Notes under the pieces: model-generated | Databases searched by the model: none | Seen by the model: only the letters and a program-made list of their open reading frames with translations | What the model was told of the DNA's origin: nothing | Shown here: piece by piece, positions 38,500-51,635 of the stretch | How the letters are laid out: every line of letters begins with the position of its first letter | Numbering within the stretch: the stretch's first letter is position 1 | Source of the DNA: Camelus dromedarius | Taxonomy: Eukaryota | Direction: 5' to 3' | DNA length: 64,000 nt | Assembly (NCBI RefSeq): GCF_036321535.1 | Contig: NC_087437.1 | Span: 45,262,001-45,326,000 of the forward strand | Position numbers and translations under genes: made by a program

Positions 38500-39705
38500 G
38501 GTTATCAGTTGTATAAACATATACAACAAAAATGAAAATTCCAACCTCACACCATACGTAAGAAGCAATTTCAGTCTGACTGTTGGTCTAAACGTTAATA
38601 GGTCAAACAAAACTTTGAGGAAAAAAGAATAACATTTTCATTATCTTGAAAAAGCCAAATATTTCTTGAATAGAATATAAAAATCACCACCAAAAGAGAA
38701 ACAATGTGATAAATAGAGATGTGTTAAAATTAGAATATCTGTTTATCAAGTGACATCATTAAGAGAGTAAAAGAGCACACCACAGGCCATATGCATATCT
38801 GACAAAGTACTTCTATACACAGAATTCCTAAAATTCAATAACAGTTAGTCAATACAGTATCTTTAAAAAAAGAAAGAAAAAAAAAAAAAAAAAAGCAAAA
38901 GACTTCAACAGGCATTCCAAAAAGAAAGGAATCAAACTGGCTAATAAACAGCCAAATAGCTGCAGATCTCATTAGTCATCAGAGAAATTCAAACTAAAAA
39001 CAAAATAGGAAATAATCTAAACACACTGAATGACTAAAAATGAAAGGAAAGACAAGCGTTGGTGCAAATATGGAGTAACTGGGATGCTCATACATTACTG
39101 ATTTCAGTATGTACTGATGCTACATAATCACTATAGAACCCTTTCTGGCAGGATCTACTAAGTCTGGATACATGCATACTCTTGACTGGGCAATTCAACT
39201 CACAGATAAAAACTTAATAGAAGTGTATACATATGTTCACCAAAATACATGTAGAAGTAGTTCACAGAAGCCTATTGTAATAGACAAAACTGGAAACAAT
39301 CTAAATACCCATCAAATGAAAGATAGATAAATAAATCACGGTTTATTTATACAATGGAATAAGATCTAATATCCTGAGTGAACTATATAGCTACCTGCAA
39401 GAACATAGATGAATTTGGAGTGACAAGTAAGACACAAAAGAGTATAAACATCATGATTTCAGCTATATAAAATTTAAAGCCAGGTAAAACTAAACTATAG
39501 TGCCAAAAGCCAGACAGTAATTATTTTGGGGAAAGGAGAGTGATTAGGAAGGATATGATGATGGTTTCTATTGTGTTGTTAGTGTTACTTGTCTCATTCT
39601 GAGTGACTGCTATATGGATGTTCTCAAGTTGTGAAAATCCACTGAGTGCTCCACTTTCAATATGTGCACTTCACATATGTATATTACACATTAATAAAAA
39701 GTGTA
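38500..39705 (+). mobile_element. Ancient L1ME ORF2 end and 3' UTR
   Basis: gcaaaagacttcaacaggcatt, tcattagtcatcagagaaattcaaactaaaa, tacaatggaata, terminal attaataaaaag. Confidence 0.8.
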
Positions 39706-40279
39706 TCCTTAAAATGATAATGAAAGTATCTGTCTCACAGTTTTATTAGGTGGACTAAATGAAGCCATATATGAGAAAGCACTCTGTAGTCTACGAAGCT
39801 CCAGCAGCATTACTACAGTTGCTCAGGAAATGTGATTGCTCAGCTATGAGTGTGTGGGGTCATAATATGAATTCTGAAATAAAATATCACCTTGTACATC
39901 CCTGACCTCTTTTCAAATTTTCTTTCTTGGCTGTGTTTAGAGAACAGCTTGAATTCCACTGAAATTCTGTTCCCAACTTTGTGAATGTCAGGAAAGTCAT
40001 TTTAATATGTTGTCCCCAGATTCACCTTTAGAAGAAAGTAACTCTGCTTTCTCAATATAAAGATTCAGGAGAGAAAAAGAGAAAATGGGTTAAGTATTGT
40101 GTTGATCTCTAGGATAACTACTGATTTCCAGTTTTTCTACTCTCAGGACAAATGAAATTCTGATATAAGCAGTAACAGAGGAATTGCCAGCAAATATTAA
40201 GGAGAGCTTGCAGTCAGCAAGAAGACCCAAAGATCTGCCCTTAGAATCTTTCTTTAGAAATAAAAATAATAGCTTCAAA

Positions 40280-40490
40280 TAGTTAAAAATTGGAATTTGA
40301 AATCAGAATGAAGCAAAATTCTAGCTTCACCAGTTATCAGATATGTGCAGGTAAGCTGGTTTTGTTTTTTTAACTTTCTGAGATTTCCTTTCAATAAAAT
40401 GAAAATAATCACCTAACAAGTTTGCTAGCAGATTAAATAAATACATGTAGAGTGCATAGAAAAGTGTCTGAAATATATTGTGTTCAAGAT
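40280..40490 (+). mobile_element. MIR
   Basis: gttaaaaattggaatttgaaatcaga...ttctagcttcacca...aaataaatacatgtagagtgcatagaaaagtgtctg. Confidence 0.6.
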
Positions 40491-40689
40491 TCTTACCTTA
40501 CAAATCTGTAACAGATAAAACCTAAAACTCAGTTTATTGACTTGAAATTGGGGCTTCTGAATGACATTCAGCTCTCCTCCTCAGCCATTGCCCTTTCTTT
40601 CCTGAGACTGTTTCTAAGATTTCTATGCTTTATCTGTCTTAAGTTTGTATAAAAGGAAAAGAGCAGGAAGGATTGCTTGTGGGAAGCTG

Positions 40690-40845
40690 TAGAGTGGTTT
40701 ATAGCACTTTTATCCATTCCTTTCTCTTGAACCCAGGCAGGTCAACTCAACTAACTGAAAGGGAGGGTGGGAAATGTAGTTCAGTCACGTGCCCAGGAAG
40801 AAAGAGGAAGTGGAGTCGGAAAACACCTTGCTGGTTTCTGCCTTA
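40690..40845 (-). mobile_element. MLT1J-like LTR fragment
   Basis: ctaactgaaagggagggtgggaaatgtagttcagtcacgtgcccaggaagaaagagg. Confidence 0.55.
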
Positions 40846-40929
40846 GTCTCTCTTTGTTTCATTCATCCTCCCTCACCAATATCGTTCTGTAGTAGCTCAG
40901 CTGTGAGTTTCTCATACAGTCAAAGGTAA

Positions 40930-41325
40930 GCACTACATATTTAAGTAGGCAAAATTATGATCTAAAATTTCATTGGCAGGATAGGGTGAAATGGGAGAAG
41001 GAAATGCGTGCATTAGCTGGTATGGGGAGTTAGAGCAGTAAGATAGCTAATTTCTTATATTTTACACTTGGGAGTCAGTAACAAATATCTCAAAATGAAA
41101 AATTCAAGAAATATTTGTATAAATGTATCACTGAGAATAAAAATGAAAATAAAGAGGAACAGCTAAAAGGAGTTGAAAGTAATCGTCTCTGTGTAGTAAG
41201 AATTAGGAGTTGGAAAGATTGAGTCAGTGTCTTGCTGTTGTACATTATATAAAGCTATTAATATAATTTGACTTTTCAGCCTTTTTGACCATGTCCCTGT
41301 GTAATTTTGATTAAATTAAAAACAA
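40930..41325 (+). mobile_element. L1MC4/5-like 3' UTR
   Basis: gaacagctaaaaggagttgaaagtaatcgtctctg...atttgactttt...tgtgtaattttgattaaa. Confidence 0.6.
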
Positions 41326-43721
41326 ATAAATAGAATATATAGAACCAATAAAATTAGGGAACCATGAGAGGTCATCAGATTACCTTATCAGTCAGCATGA
41401 CAGTTGGGCACACATAGGTGATAAAAATTTAAATTCATGTGACTGTAGCAGAGAGAAAGCAAAGGAAGTAGAATGTAAGATGTGTTCAGATAGAGAATGA
41501 TGACTGAGAGCATACAGAGAAGTTTTTGTACCTTGAGGGGATGCCCTGATCATGCAAGATAGAGAACTTTGTGGGGGCAGTCATGCCTGTCATTTCTCCC
41601 TGTGTTGTGGTTACACAGAATAAATAAACCAAGTTTCAGAATCCATGTTGTGTCAACTGTTCCACCAACTGAAATTCTATATACTGCAATATTATGGGGC
41701 TTACTCCTCTACTGACTTTTGTGAATTGTTTAGTTTGCAGCATTTGAAGCTGCCTTGACTGTGACTCTTAACCTTGGCCCTTTTCAGAACCTTAGCCCCA
41801 CCAATGAGGAAAACGACAAGGCCAACGTTTTCTAAAAGTACTGCTTTTATAATTAGTGGGAAAACATCCATTACACGAGTATTTACTTGAAGTACTTCAA
41901 GTGTGTTTAATATAGCCATTAAGAGTAATAGGGAAATATTGAAAATGATTTAAGAAAGGTAAACTTCGTATTTGGAGAAGCCAAACAATCGTACCAAGGT
42001 CAGTCCTCAGACCAGTTGATTCTTACAGTTTTTTAACAAATTCAGACATTGCAACAACTACAGAAGTTAAGATCATTAAAAAACCCATAGGATGCCACAG
42101 AGCATACAAACATAAGCCTTTCATAAAGACAACAATATACCATAGCAAGAGAAATAAAGCATCAAGAGGGTCCCAGGCAAAGCTTCCAAAAGTCCCCTCT
42201 CAGTCACACAAGATAAGCTTCATCTCCAGATCACAAATCTCAATATAAATGCAAGAGATCTCAATCTCAGGGAAACCGAAGCACATGTTCACTGAGAGGT
42301 CACAGATATTACCCTTACCACTCAGACATACCAGGCTATGTAATCAGATAAACCAGGTTTAGACCATCAAGCTATATATTTATAATAACAATGTAAGCAA
42401 GCTGGTATAGGACACCTCTACAGGAGTTTTGGTCTTAGCACATCACCAGTCATTAGCTCAACTGCTTCCTTGTTACCTTGTCCAACAGTCAGTATTACGG
42501 TTCCAGACATCACCAGGGATAAGCATAAAGTTATCACTGATGATCTGTAAGTCAAATCTATATCTAAACAGACATAAAGTAGTTCTAAGCTATTTTTCAA
42601 GAAAGAAGGCCAAAATAGAGGCATAATGGACATTTTTTAGCTTTGTGGGGTTTACATACACAAACCTGAAACTTCAATATAACAATGTGTGTGTATCTTT
42701 TATTGATGATGTTTTATTTTTAAAATTCCCTTTATGAATTCAGAACATTGCAATACTAAACTAAGGGAGTGGAAAAAGTTGCAAAATGGAATAACAGATG
42801 GACATTTAGAAGGAAGGGAATGTATAAACTATATTTATATGTAAATATAAAAAAGCTTTCTTTTTTTACCTTGAAGAGTACAATATTCTATACCAATTGT
42901 CAAGATATTGTCCCATATTCTATATATGTTAAACTACGAGCCAAAGAAGAAGCCATGAAGTAGTTGCTGAGAGCAAAAAGCAATTGTCAGTGTTCCTAGA
43001 AAAATACAATGGCAGCTCTAAGATGCCCGAGTGGAAAAGGAAGTTGACTGAATAATTTTCAGACCATTTATCTCTGGCTGAAGAAAAACAAGTCATAGGA
43101 ATTTGGGAAACAGAATAATTGCTATAATTTTCACCTGTGGAGTTTCAAACACAAGACTTTCAAAAAGCTTCATCTCTTCTTAATTTGTAGTGAATAATCA
43201 TTTAATAATTGCAAAGATTAAGTAATAAAGGATACTAACAAAAGCTTTCAACTAGTTTGAAAGCTTCAATGAATATAACAGCATGAGACATTAGCTAAAA
43301 TTTGCCAGCTTTAAAGTCAATTGCTAGAGATTGACAGAGAGTACCTGCTTTTGAGAAAGAATATTTAGTATAATAAACATTAAATGTTTAATGGTTTTCG
43401 TTTCTATCAAATTTTGTTTTAATTACATAATGGTTTTCTGTTATATTCACATTGCAGTTGTTTTCTAATGACAAAATTTTACATCATCTGAAGATCTTAA
43501 TTTTTTCAAGCATTTACTTAGAAACATGAACACTGTATCACCTAATTTAAGGCTAATTACTCCTGTTGAATCCTTTGTTCTGTAATCTAATGTCTTAGAA
43601 TAGTACTTCAATTCCTTGAAAGGCAAAGCAAGTGCAAGTATTTTTTTAATAAAAAATACATAAATAAAGAGTTCTTTTTTCTTATCAGTAGAGAGTCAAT
43701 ATTTAAAGTGTTTAAAGTAAT

Positions 43722-44224
43722 TGTATAATTTTTCCATTACTGCTGTAACAAACTACCACACACTTGGCCTAAACAACCCAAATCTATTATAATTCTGTAG
43801 GTCCAAAGTGTGGCATGAGTCTCACTAGGGTAAAACCATGGTGTTGGCAGGACTTCATTCCTTTCTAGAATCTCAAGAGAGAACTGATTTCCTTGTTTTC
43901 CCAGATTCTAGAGACTTCCTGTGTTCCCTGGCTCATGGCCCCTTCCTCCATCTTCAAAGTCAGCAACAGTGGGTCAATTCCTTCTCATATTCCATCATCT
44001 GTCTTCCTTTTCACCTCCCTGTTACACTTCTAGGGATACTTGCGATTATATTACATCTGACCCCAAATCCCAAATAATCTCCATTTTTTTTTAAGGTCTA
44101 CTGATTAGCAACCTTAACTCCACCTGCAACCTTAATTCCATGTTGCCATGTAGGGTAACATACTCACAAGTTCCAGGAATGTGGACATGGATATCTTTGT
44201 GGGGCCATTATTCTACTTCCCACA
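43722..44224 (-). mobile_element. Solo MaLR LTR (MLT1C/D-like), full length
   Basis: tgtataatt...ctgctgtaacaaactaccac...ggggccattattctacttcccaca, TG/CA ends. Flanks gtaat (43717-43721) / gtaac (44225-44229) fit a 5-bp TSD. Confidence 0.88.
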
Positions 44225-44379
44225 GTAACAAATATCATACCACTGCTGTGCTTTAACTGTCAAATCTACAGGCATTCATTTTTTCTTCCGCTCTTATTAC
44301 CATTTATTAATTTCTACCCCATTCTACTTCAACACAAAGCAACATGTAGGTACATTTAGGAGTAAAAGATTACATTTAA

Positions 44380-44570
44380 TAATTCATCAAATATTTGTTG
44401 AGTGTTTACTATTAAGCAGGCTCTGTTCTAGGTGCTGAGGATACAGCAGCAAAAGTGAAATTATAAATTTCTACTCTAGAAGTTTAGTATATTATAAACT
44501 TCTAAAAGGAGTGACAAACGATAACGATGTAAATAAGTAAAATATCTAATATGTTAAATCCATTTGGAGA
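44380..44570 (-). mobile_element. L2 3' end
   Basis: attcatcaaatatttgttgagtgtttactattaagcaggctctgttctaggtgctgaggatacagc. Confidence 0.75.
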
Positions 44571-47081
44571 TGTGTGTAGGAAATGCTTCATTTGTACGTG
44601 GATGGTGGGGGCGAGGGATAAGAGGGAAAATTCCACAGGTTTTTTAGGCTGAAGGACCAAGGAACCCTGACAGAACTATCTAGTCAGTTGACAGTTGTAT
44701 AGTTCTCACTTTGGTTAAAATGCTAATGGATACAATGACCCTGAATTGAGTGCCTCCTTAGTGCAGCAAAAGAGGTGGAAAGTTGCCACTCTAAGAGAGG
44801 TGATCTGTGGTGCAGCAGAAACCATGGTCAGCCGGGCAGCATTTACACAGCACCTAACCAACAAGCCCAGACATCACCAGCAATGAGAGGCCCTCAAACC
44901 TGTGGCTCCCCAAAAATGACACAGAGATCTTCGCTGCTCTAAAAAGCCTACTCTATTTTTACTCCCAGATTTTATCCCCCATGCTGGATTGCGTTTATCA
45001 GGAAGTAAAAACTTTCTACTCAGCATTCATTCTTTGGCAATAGAGTGGCCAGTGAGGTGAGTGTAATCCTGACAGAAAAAGAATATTCCAAATGACCCGG
45101 AGGTTGTTACTTCAAGGAACTAGAAGAAAAGAGATTCCACGTATTGGTTTAGGAAAGATTTTGAGAAGCACAGATTTGGGGAGAATTTCAGCAGTTCATG
45201 TTGGCTTTGAGTTTCCTGCCTGCCAGAAAAAAAGAGGCATGGTAAAATGTATGACTTAGGGCATCCAAACAAAATTTCTTCAGGGAAGTGAAGTCTTTTG
45301 TTAGAAGTGGCAAGTCCTTTGACACTGGTGACATCCATGGGGAGGGAGTCCTTCTTAAGCAGAGGCTTGGTCTCTCTACAAACCTTTTCTGACTCTTTCT
45401 CTTAGCAGGCAGAATGACTTGTTTCATTATTTTGGGGAAAAAAAATGAGGTATGCTTGGCTGTACTGTGTTTCCTTCTGTAAATGTGGGAGTAGCATTTG
45501 GAAATTTTTCTGCTGTTTCAAGAAAAGCCAGATTCTGAATTCCTTTATATAAAATCTTCCAGTCTTTAACTAGGACAGCTAATTAAAATTTTTAAAACTA
45601 CTGTTCACTCTAAAAATAGAATGACTATATTCTGAATTGAGCCCTTTCATTGTCCACTGTTTGAGACTTTTATCCTAAACCTAAACTTAGAGAGCACAGT
45701 ATAAACTTTTGCTGACACAGCAGATGGTGAACTAAGCCAAATGAGCTTAGCTACCAATATGTCAGCAGCACTTCTGGCTTTTATTCATTAGGTGAAAGAA
45801 AGTACTTGTAGCACTTTACAAACATATTACTTATTTTGACTCAATAATAGGCCAATTACATTTCTGCATTTGGTATTTCTGTTATTGAAAAATAAATTGT
45901 AGGAAAATCATACTGAATCTCTTGAGACAGGAAATAGTATATCTGTTTATATACGATACTCAACTAGATCCATCCAAACAAAATGCAATAGCTAGAGGTA
46001 GATATTTATTTCCTCTGAAATTTGTTTTCCATATTTATATTCATGCTATTTTTCATTTTTCACAACTATGCAAAGTTGCAGTGACAATGTCTTATAAAAA
46101 TGTTTGCTTTATTCCCTTTTAAATTATTCTTTCTTGGTGTATTATAATTTAATAAAACTGAATTAAAAAAAGAACCATCATTATAATCTCTGTAATCTAA
46201 CAGCAATTTGTCAACTCTTGTTCCTAATATAAAATTAGCATGTAATTACACCATATAAACTTGAGGAAAGAGCAAGTGGCAAATAATTTTTAATTGTTGA
46301 TATGCTAAACATTCTATTATCATCCATTATTATGAATAGCTTTCACATATTAAGACACAGATTTCTTCCTTTGAATTACACTAACCCAGTACTGTGGTGT
46401 CGTGGGGTCTGTAAATGTGCTGATATTGATGGGGACAAGTAGTAAACAAACCTACTCAAAGCCTCCCCAGGAAATGATGGCTTGAGCTGAGATTCCGAGG
46501 TTTGGGTCATTTTGATTTGTGCTTCCAGTTAGATCTTTTCTTTTAATTTATTATTTGTGTAATTAAAAGTGCTTGAGGTAACATAAGAAATCACAGGTAC
46601 AAACTAAAACTAGAAAAACAAAACCAAATAAAAGGAAAGGTTGAGAATTAAGTACAACATAGTAGATGACATAAAAAAAATAGCTGTTTAACTTGTTATT
46701 TAATAACAAAAAAAGTCCACATTGATACGGAAAGATCAACTTTTTCAAAGCATTTATTATGTCTCCTGACATTTGATCAGCATTATTAATGGCATAGTCC
46801 CATCTCTGAAGGAGCTCATGATCCCTACTAATTAGGACTTCTGATAAAGTCAAGAATATGCCATTTGGAAATATAAAAATGAGCCTCTGTTCTAGAATGT
46901 GAGATATTATTAGGGATAGTTTAAATGGGCAGAGATTGAAACAAATTCTGGCTTACTTCTGTGTTTGTCTCTCTGTGTGCCTTCTGTTAAAGGATGGTGA
47001 AATTCTGATGCTAACCTCAGGATGTGGATTTGGGAGATGAAGAGCCAAAGAGTCTACTTTCTGAACATTGAGTTTATGTTA

Positions 47082-47207
47082 TGGCTTCTCAATCCTGGCT
47101 GTATCCTGAACCACTTATATAAGAAACTCTGGAAAGCAGATTGGCATCAATCTATTTTACCAGTTGCCCAAGTGATCACATTATAAAGCCAGGAGATCCA
47201 GCCACTG
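47082..47207. mobile_element. MER5-like MITE remnant
   Basis: tggcttctcaatcctggctg...cccaagtgatc...gccagg...ccactg. Confidence 0.5.
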
Positions 47208-47409
47208 ATCGAGGCTAGAAAGGGTACATATGGTCTGGCATAACTCAACAGATAGATCATTGCATCACTGAGTAGAGATTTAGAACCAAAATACATCCGT
47301 ACATACAGCTGCAGACAGCAGAGCTTTCAGGGTATCAGACTTTTGATGTAATTAACCAGCACTATATGAAATGGCCTTAAATAAAATTATATAAAAGCAG
47401 ATTTCTATA

Positions 47410-47923
47410 TTTTAACAAGAAATAGATGATAGAATGGAGTAAAGAACATAAGAAGTTTGGGGAGGGAAAGGCAATGCCTATGAAAAATAAAAGAGAGAGA
47501 ATAAAGTAACTATACTTCAATTAAAAAAATAAAATAAAAAGGAGAGGAAGTAGGATTGGATAGAGAAAGTCTTTAGACCACGATGTTGATCTGACACCTG
47601 TGAAAGGATTGAAAAGAGAACAGGATCGAGCAGGGAGGTCTTTACACAGATCTTGACTAAGTTTTGGCCCCGAAGTTGAGTACAATAAAGACTGCCAGTT
47701 AGAGTTGCCCGGCATTGGATTGAATGAGTCTGGCCCTATTCCCACTGCTGTGCCAAGTTATCAGTCAGGGGCTGACCGGGAAGACCTTAGACCCATCAGG
47801 AAAAATGAGGTGAATCCAGAAGCTTCTACAAGCTGGGGTGATAGCTAACTACATTATTGTAGCTGGAAGGCCAAGTTCGTTCTTAAAAGGAGATTGAACT
47901 GCTGGGTTTCCATGACTACCACA
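47410..47923 (-). mobile_element. ERVL LTR16B-like LTR
   Basis: ggaagtaggattgg...gaccacgatgttgatctgacacctgtgaaagga...tccatgactaccaca. Related to 9589-10018. Confidence 0.65.
47500..47530 (+). mobile_element. Ultra-short L1 3'-terminal insertion inside LTR16
   Basis: aactatacttcaattaaaaaaa flanked by aaaataaaagagagag / aaaataaaaaggagag. Confidence 0.65.
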
Positions 47924-49125
47924 AAATGTAGAGAACACATTTCAGTATTTTTAACTTCTCCTTCCAATTAGCATCCTCAACTCATAAACCATTGGTGTGA
48001 AGTTATTATTTCCCAGCAAACACATTTAGCCAGCAAATCCAGGGGAGGGGACAATAACGTGACCACTGTATATCTCCACAGCTTAATGTTTGCCCACATC
48101 CCTGACTCTTGGTTAATCATGAATTTGTTTGTTTGTTTGTTTGTTCTTGTGGGGAGGACTTCGTATTTTTATACAACTTTATGGACATCTCAATCTCATA
48201 GTACTACTTTCTATACTCAGAAGGCCTCAGTTATCCAGCCGGTCTGGAGAATGTTATTGTGTAGACAAGAAAAAGTCAATATTTAAAATGAACACATTAT
48301 TCTTGCAACTGTTCTTTAAAATATTTCTAGATTGTATTACACATTCTCTGATTAAATAGAGTTTTAGTGCTAATTGGCTTATCTTTTCTCAAGGAACAAG
48401 TATTCTGACCATATTCAATCATTGTGCTAGGCTACAGTTACAGACGAATCCAAACACTGTGCTTAATTTGCTGACCAGTTTATGTCATGGTACATGTACA
48501 CAACCAAATCTCAAAATGCTTTTTATTCTCCTCTTTCACTGATGTGTGTAATAGACTGAACTCTTCAACTGGATAGAAAATCTTAAAAAGTAATTATTGA
48601 ATCTAAGGTTAAGCAATATTTTCATAAGTTATATCCTCAAAAATCCTACATTTAAAAAAAAAATCAGTGCTTTTTCACTTTTAACTGACATTCGAAGGAT
48701 TATTTAACACAATCACCCACTTTCTTCCCCAAGGCATATTCAATCACCTATTTTAATCACGTCAACTTCTTAAGAAAGCATCACCTTTTGTGAAATACCA
48801 GGATTGATTTTTTTTTCCAACACAAATAGTCCTTGACTCATTGCTATTTTGCCTTGCTCTAACAATTAAATACAGGTTACTATGAGCAGCATGCAAGGTG
48901 ATGCAGGAATGTCTAGTACCTTGATACTTTAGGAGTAATGTAGCCAACCTAAAAAGCTTTATTATGTTCAGCATGCAAGCAAATAACTTTTAGGCAGAAC
49001 TAGGCAAAACACCACTCCAGAAACAATTTTCCCAAATTTTGCCATCCCAACACCTTTTGGAGGTTATGTTTTAATCAAAGCCAGTCACCGATACAATGTT
49101 AAATTTACCAAATGGACTCCTAGAA

Positions 49126-49260
49126 CAAAAAATATATATATAATATAAATATATGTTACTTATATATATTATTTATTTATTATTTATGTTATTGTTTATA
49201 TATTATTTATTATATATTATTTATACACAGTATATAAATATATATATTATATATTTAAAT
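49126..49260. repeat. AT-rich low-complexity tract
   Basis: Nearly pure TA/TTA sequence. Confidence 0.9.
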
Positions 49261-49494
49261 GCAAATAATGACAAATTTTATCTCCTGGCTTAATAAAAAT
49301 AAATTGTGTTTGTATGCATTTTTAAGGAACAACTTTTGCCCAGGATATATGGTAGCAAGTAAATAATCTAACGTAAGATGTTAGATTAGATCTTAGTACA
49401 ATTGTCACCACTAGGTCAACACTAAAAGGGAAGAAAAGGAGGAAAATTTCAAGTCTAAAATTCATTAATTTGGATTAATATTTTAATATTTGTT

Positions 49495-49750
49495 CTTTCA
49501 TTCAACAAATATTTGTTGAGTTACTCATTCATGACAGACATTGTTCTTTGAGACTGAAATACTACACTAAACAAAGCAAAGCTCCTGTACTCATTGTAAC
49601 TTACACAGTAGTATGTTTAGGGGGATCCAGTAAACAGACAATAAACAAACAAGTAGAAACAATGAATAGGACCAAACTGAGATAAGTACTACAAGGTAAA
49701 ATAAAGCAAAGTTAATAGTGGAGATGGAATGTTATTTTAGACGGATGAAT
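49495..49750 (-). mobile_element. L2 3' end
   Basis: ttcattcaacaaatatttgttgag...agacattgttct. Confidence 0.7.
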
Positions 49751-50219
49751 GATAACACTATTTTGCAATGGCTCCCCACTCCCAATTCAAAATAGCATAA
49801 AAAAATAGAAGAACCAGTGGAATGAGATCTGTCTGCAAGTCTCAGAGGTTTCTTTTTGTCTCTTTCTTATTGTGGTAAAAGAAAATTTTGTTAATTTATT
49901 TTTTTTCCTGATAGTAATAATACTACAATCAAGAAAAGAGAAATGACAATTAAGGTGTGAAAGTTTTATAAGTAATGTTGGTCTACTATATTTTAAGATA
50001 CAACAAACATATTTGATAAGATTTTAAAGAATTTATATATGTGAATCTTTTAATAAACAAACATTATTACTGTTTATTTGAATGCTAATCATTTCTTTGT
50101 TTGATTTAAATATTTGCTATCAATTTTAAATAATGAAGGTTAAAATTACAGTGGGGTAAATATTCCAGGAACTTTACCTTTTTATCTTGTTTTTTGATGA
50201 AAGAAATATTTTAAGTTAC

Positions 50220-51170
50220 TTTTAATTTTTATTGAGAAAATATGCATATATCATCATAGTACAGTTAGCTATATTTTTGCAAACTTAACACAGCCATGTA
50301 AACAGCACCCACCCCCATATCAAAGTCTAACACTATCCTGACTTCTACCAGCTTAGTTTTTCTGTTTTTATTCTGATGTAAATAGAACCACAGAATCTAC
50401 ACTCTGTGTCTGTCTTCTTTGACCCACCATTATATTCGTGAGATTTATGCATATTATGTGTAGCTGTAATTTGCTCATTTTCATTACTATATAATGGAGC
50501 ACATTTTATTTGTCCATATTGGAATAACAGATGGAAATTCAGGTATTTTTCAGTTAGGGCTGTTTTCAATAATACTGCTATGATCATTTTACTCCACACC
50601 TCTGGGTGAACATATGTATGCATTTCTAAGGGCATTTACATGGGAAAGGAATTGCTGGATCACAGAGTCTCTATGTGTTTAGCCTTAGTACATGCTGGCA
50701 AGAGGTTTTCTAAAGGAATTTACTGAAGGAGTTTACTACCGTCAGTATACAAGCGTTCCGATTGCTCTATATCCTTGCTAACACTAGGTATGCTTCTGTT
50801 TGGTTTTTGCACTGTTTGCAGTTCAGCCATTCTGGTACGTATGTAGTGGGATCCCACTGTGGTTTTAATGTGCATTTCCCTGGTGACTAATGAAGTTGAG
50901 CATCTATCTCTTCAAGTGTGTATTGGTCATTTGGCTATCATCCTTTAAAAACTGTTCACATTTTCGACTATTTTTTCCATTAGATTGTCCTTTTCTTAGT
51001 GCTTCGTAGAAATTCTTCATACATTCTGAATATGAATCACGTTTTCAGAAGATATATTGCAAATGCTTTTAAAATTCTGAATATGATTCACTTATTGGGA
51101 AGATAATATTGCAAATACTTTCTCCTACTTGGATTGCCTGCTCACCTCCTAATGTTGTCTTATTTATATT
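50220..51170 (-). mobile_element. Old L1M 3' region
   Basis: ggaattgctggatcacagag, cagccattctggtacgtatgtagtggg, tgcatttccctggtgactaatgaagttgagcat. Confidence 0.85.
51023..51121. repeat. Diverged tandem duplication (~51-bp period)
   Basis: attctgaatatgaatcac...gaagatatattgcaaatgctttt / attctgaatatgattcac...gaagataatattgcaaatacttt. Confidence 0.85.
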
Positions 51171-51174
51171 ATTT

Positions 51175-51635
51175 AGATAGGTCACAAAAAGTTTAAAGCA
51201 TAACAGCAAAGATGGGTAAACTGGAGTTGATAGAAATTTGTGGCTTCTGATTTTATAAAACATGCTAAAAGAAAATGAAAAAGAAAGCCTCAGATTGAGG
51301 GTGGGGCAGGGCACAAAAATTTGCTGTACAGAGATGCAAATATACACACAAGAGAATTGTTAACGTTAAAAAGAATGATCGTACCAAGCATTGGCAAGCA
51401 TTCAAAAAAGCTAGAAATTTCATGTATTTCTAATACAAATGCAAAGTGGTATAGGCAGTCTGGAAAACAGTTTGGAATTTCTTATAAAGTTTGACATTCA
51501 TTTACTACATGGACCATTAATCTCACTCCCAGAAGTTTCTCCAAAAGAAGTGAAGAAGCACGTTCATACAAAGGCTTATCTGCAAATATTCAAGGTAACT
51601 TTATTCACAATTGCTCAAAACAGGAAACAATCCAG
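51175..51635 (+). mobile_element. Old L1M ORF2 3' fragment
   Basis: ctggaaaacagtttggaatttcttataaagtt, ctttattcacaattgctcaaaacaggaaacaatcca. Confidence 0.75.

Noticed and set aside
9589..47923. Two LTR16 elements as a proviral pair
   Set aside because: They are ~37 kb apart, look like different subfamilies, and the intervening DNA is unrelated.
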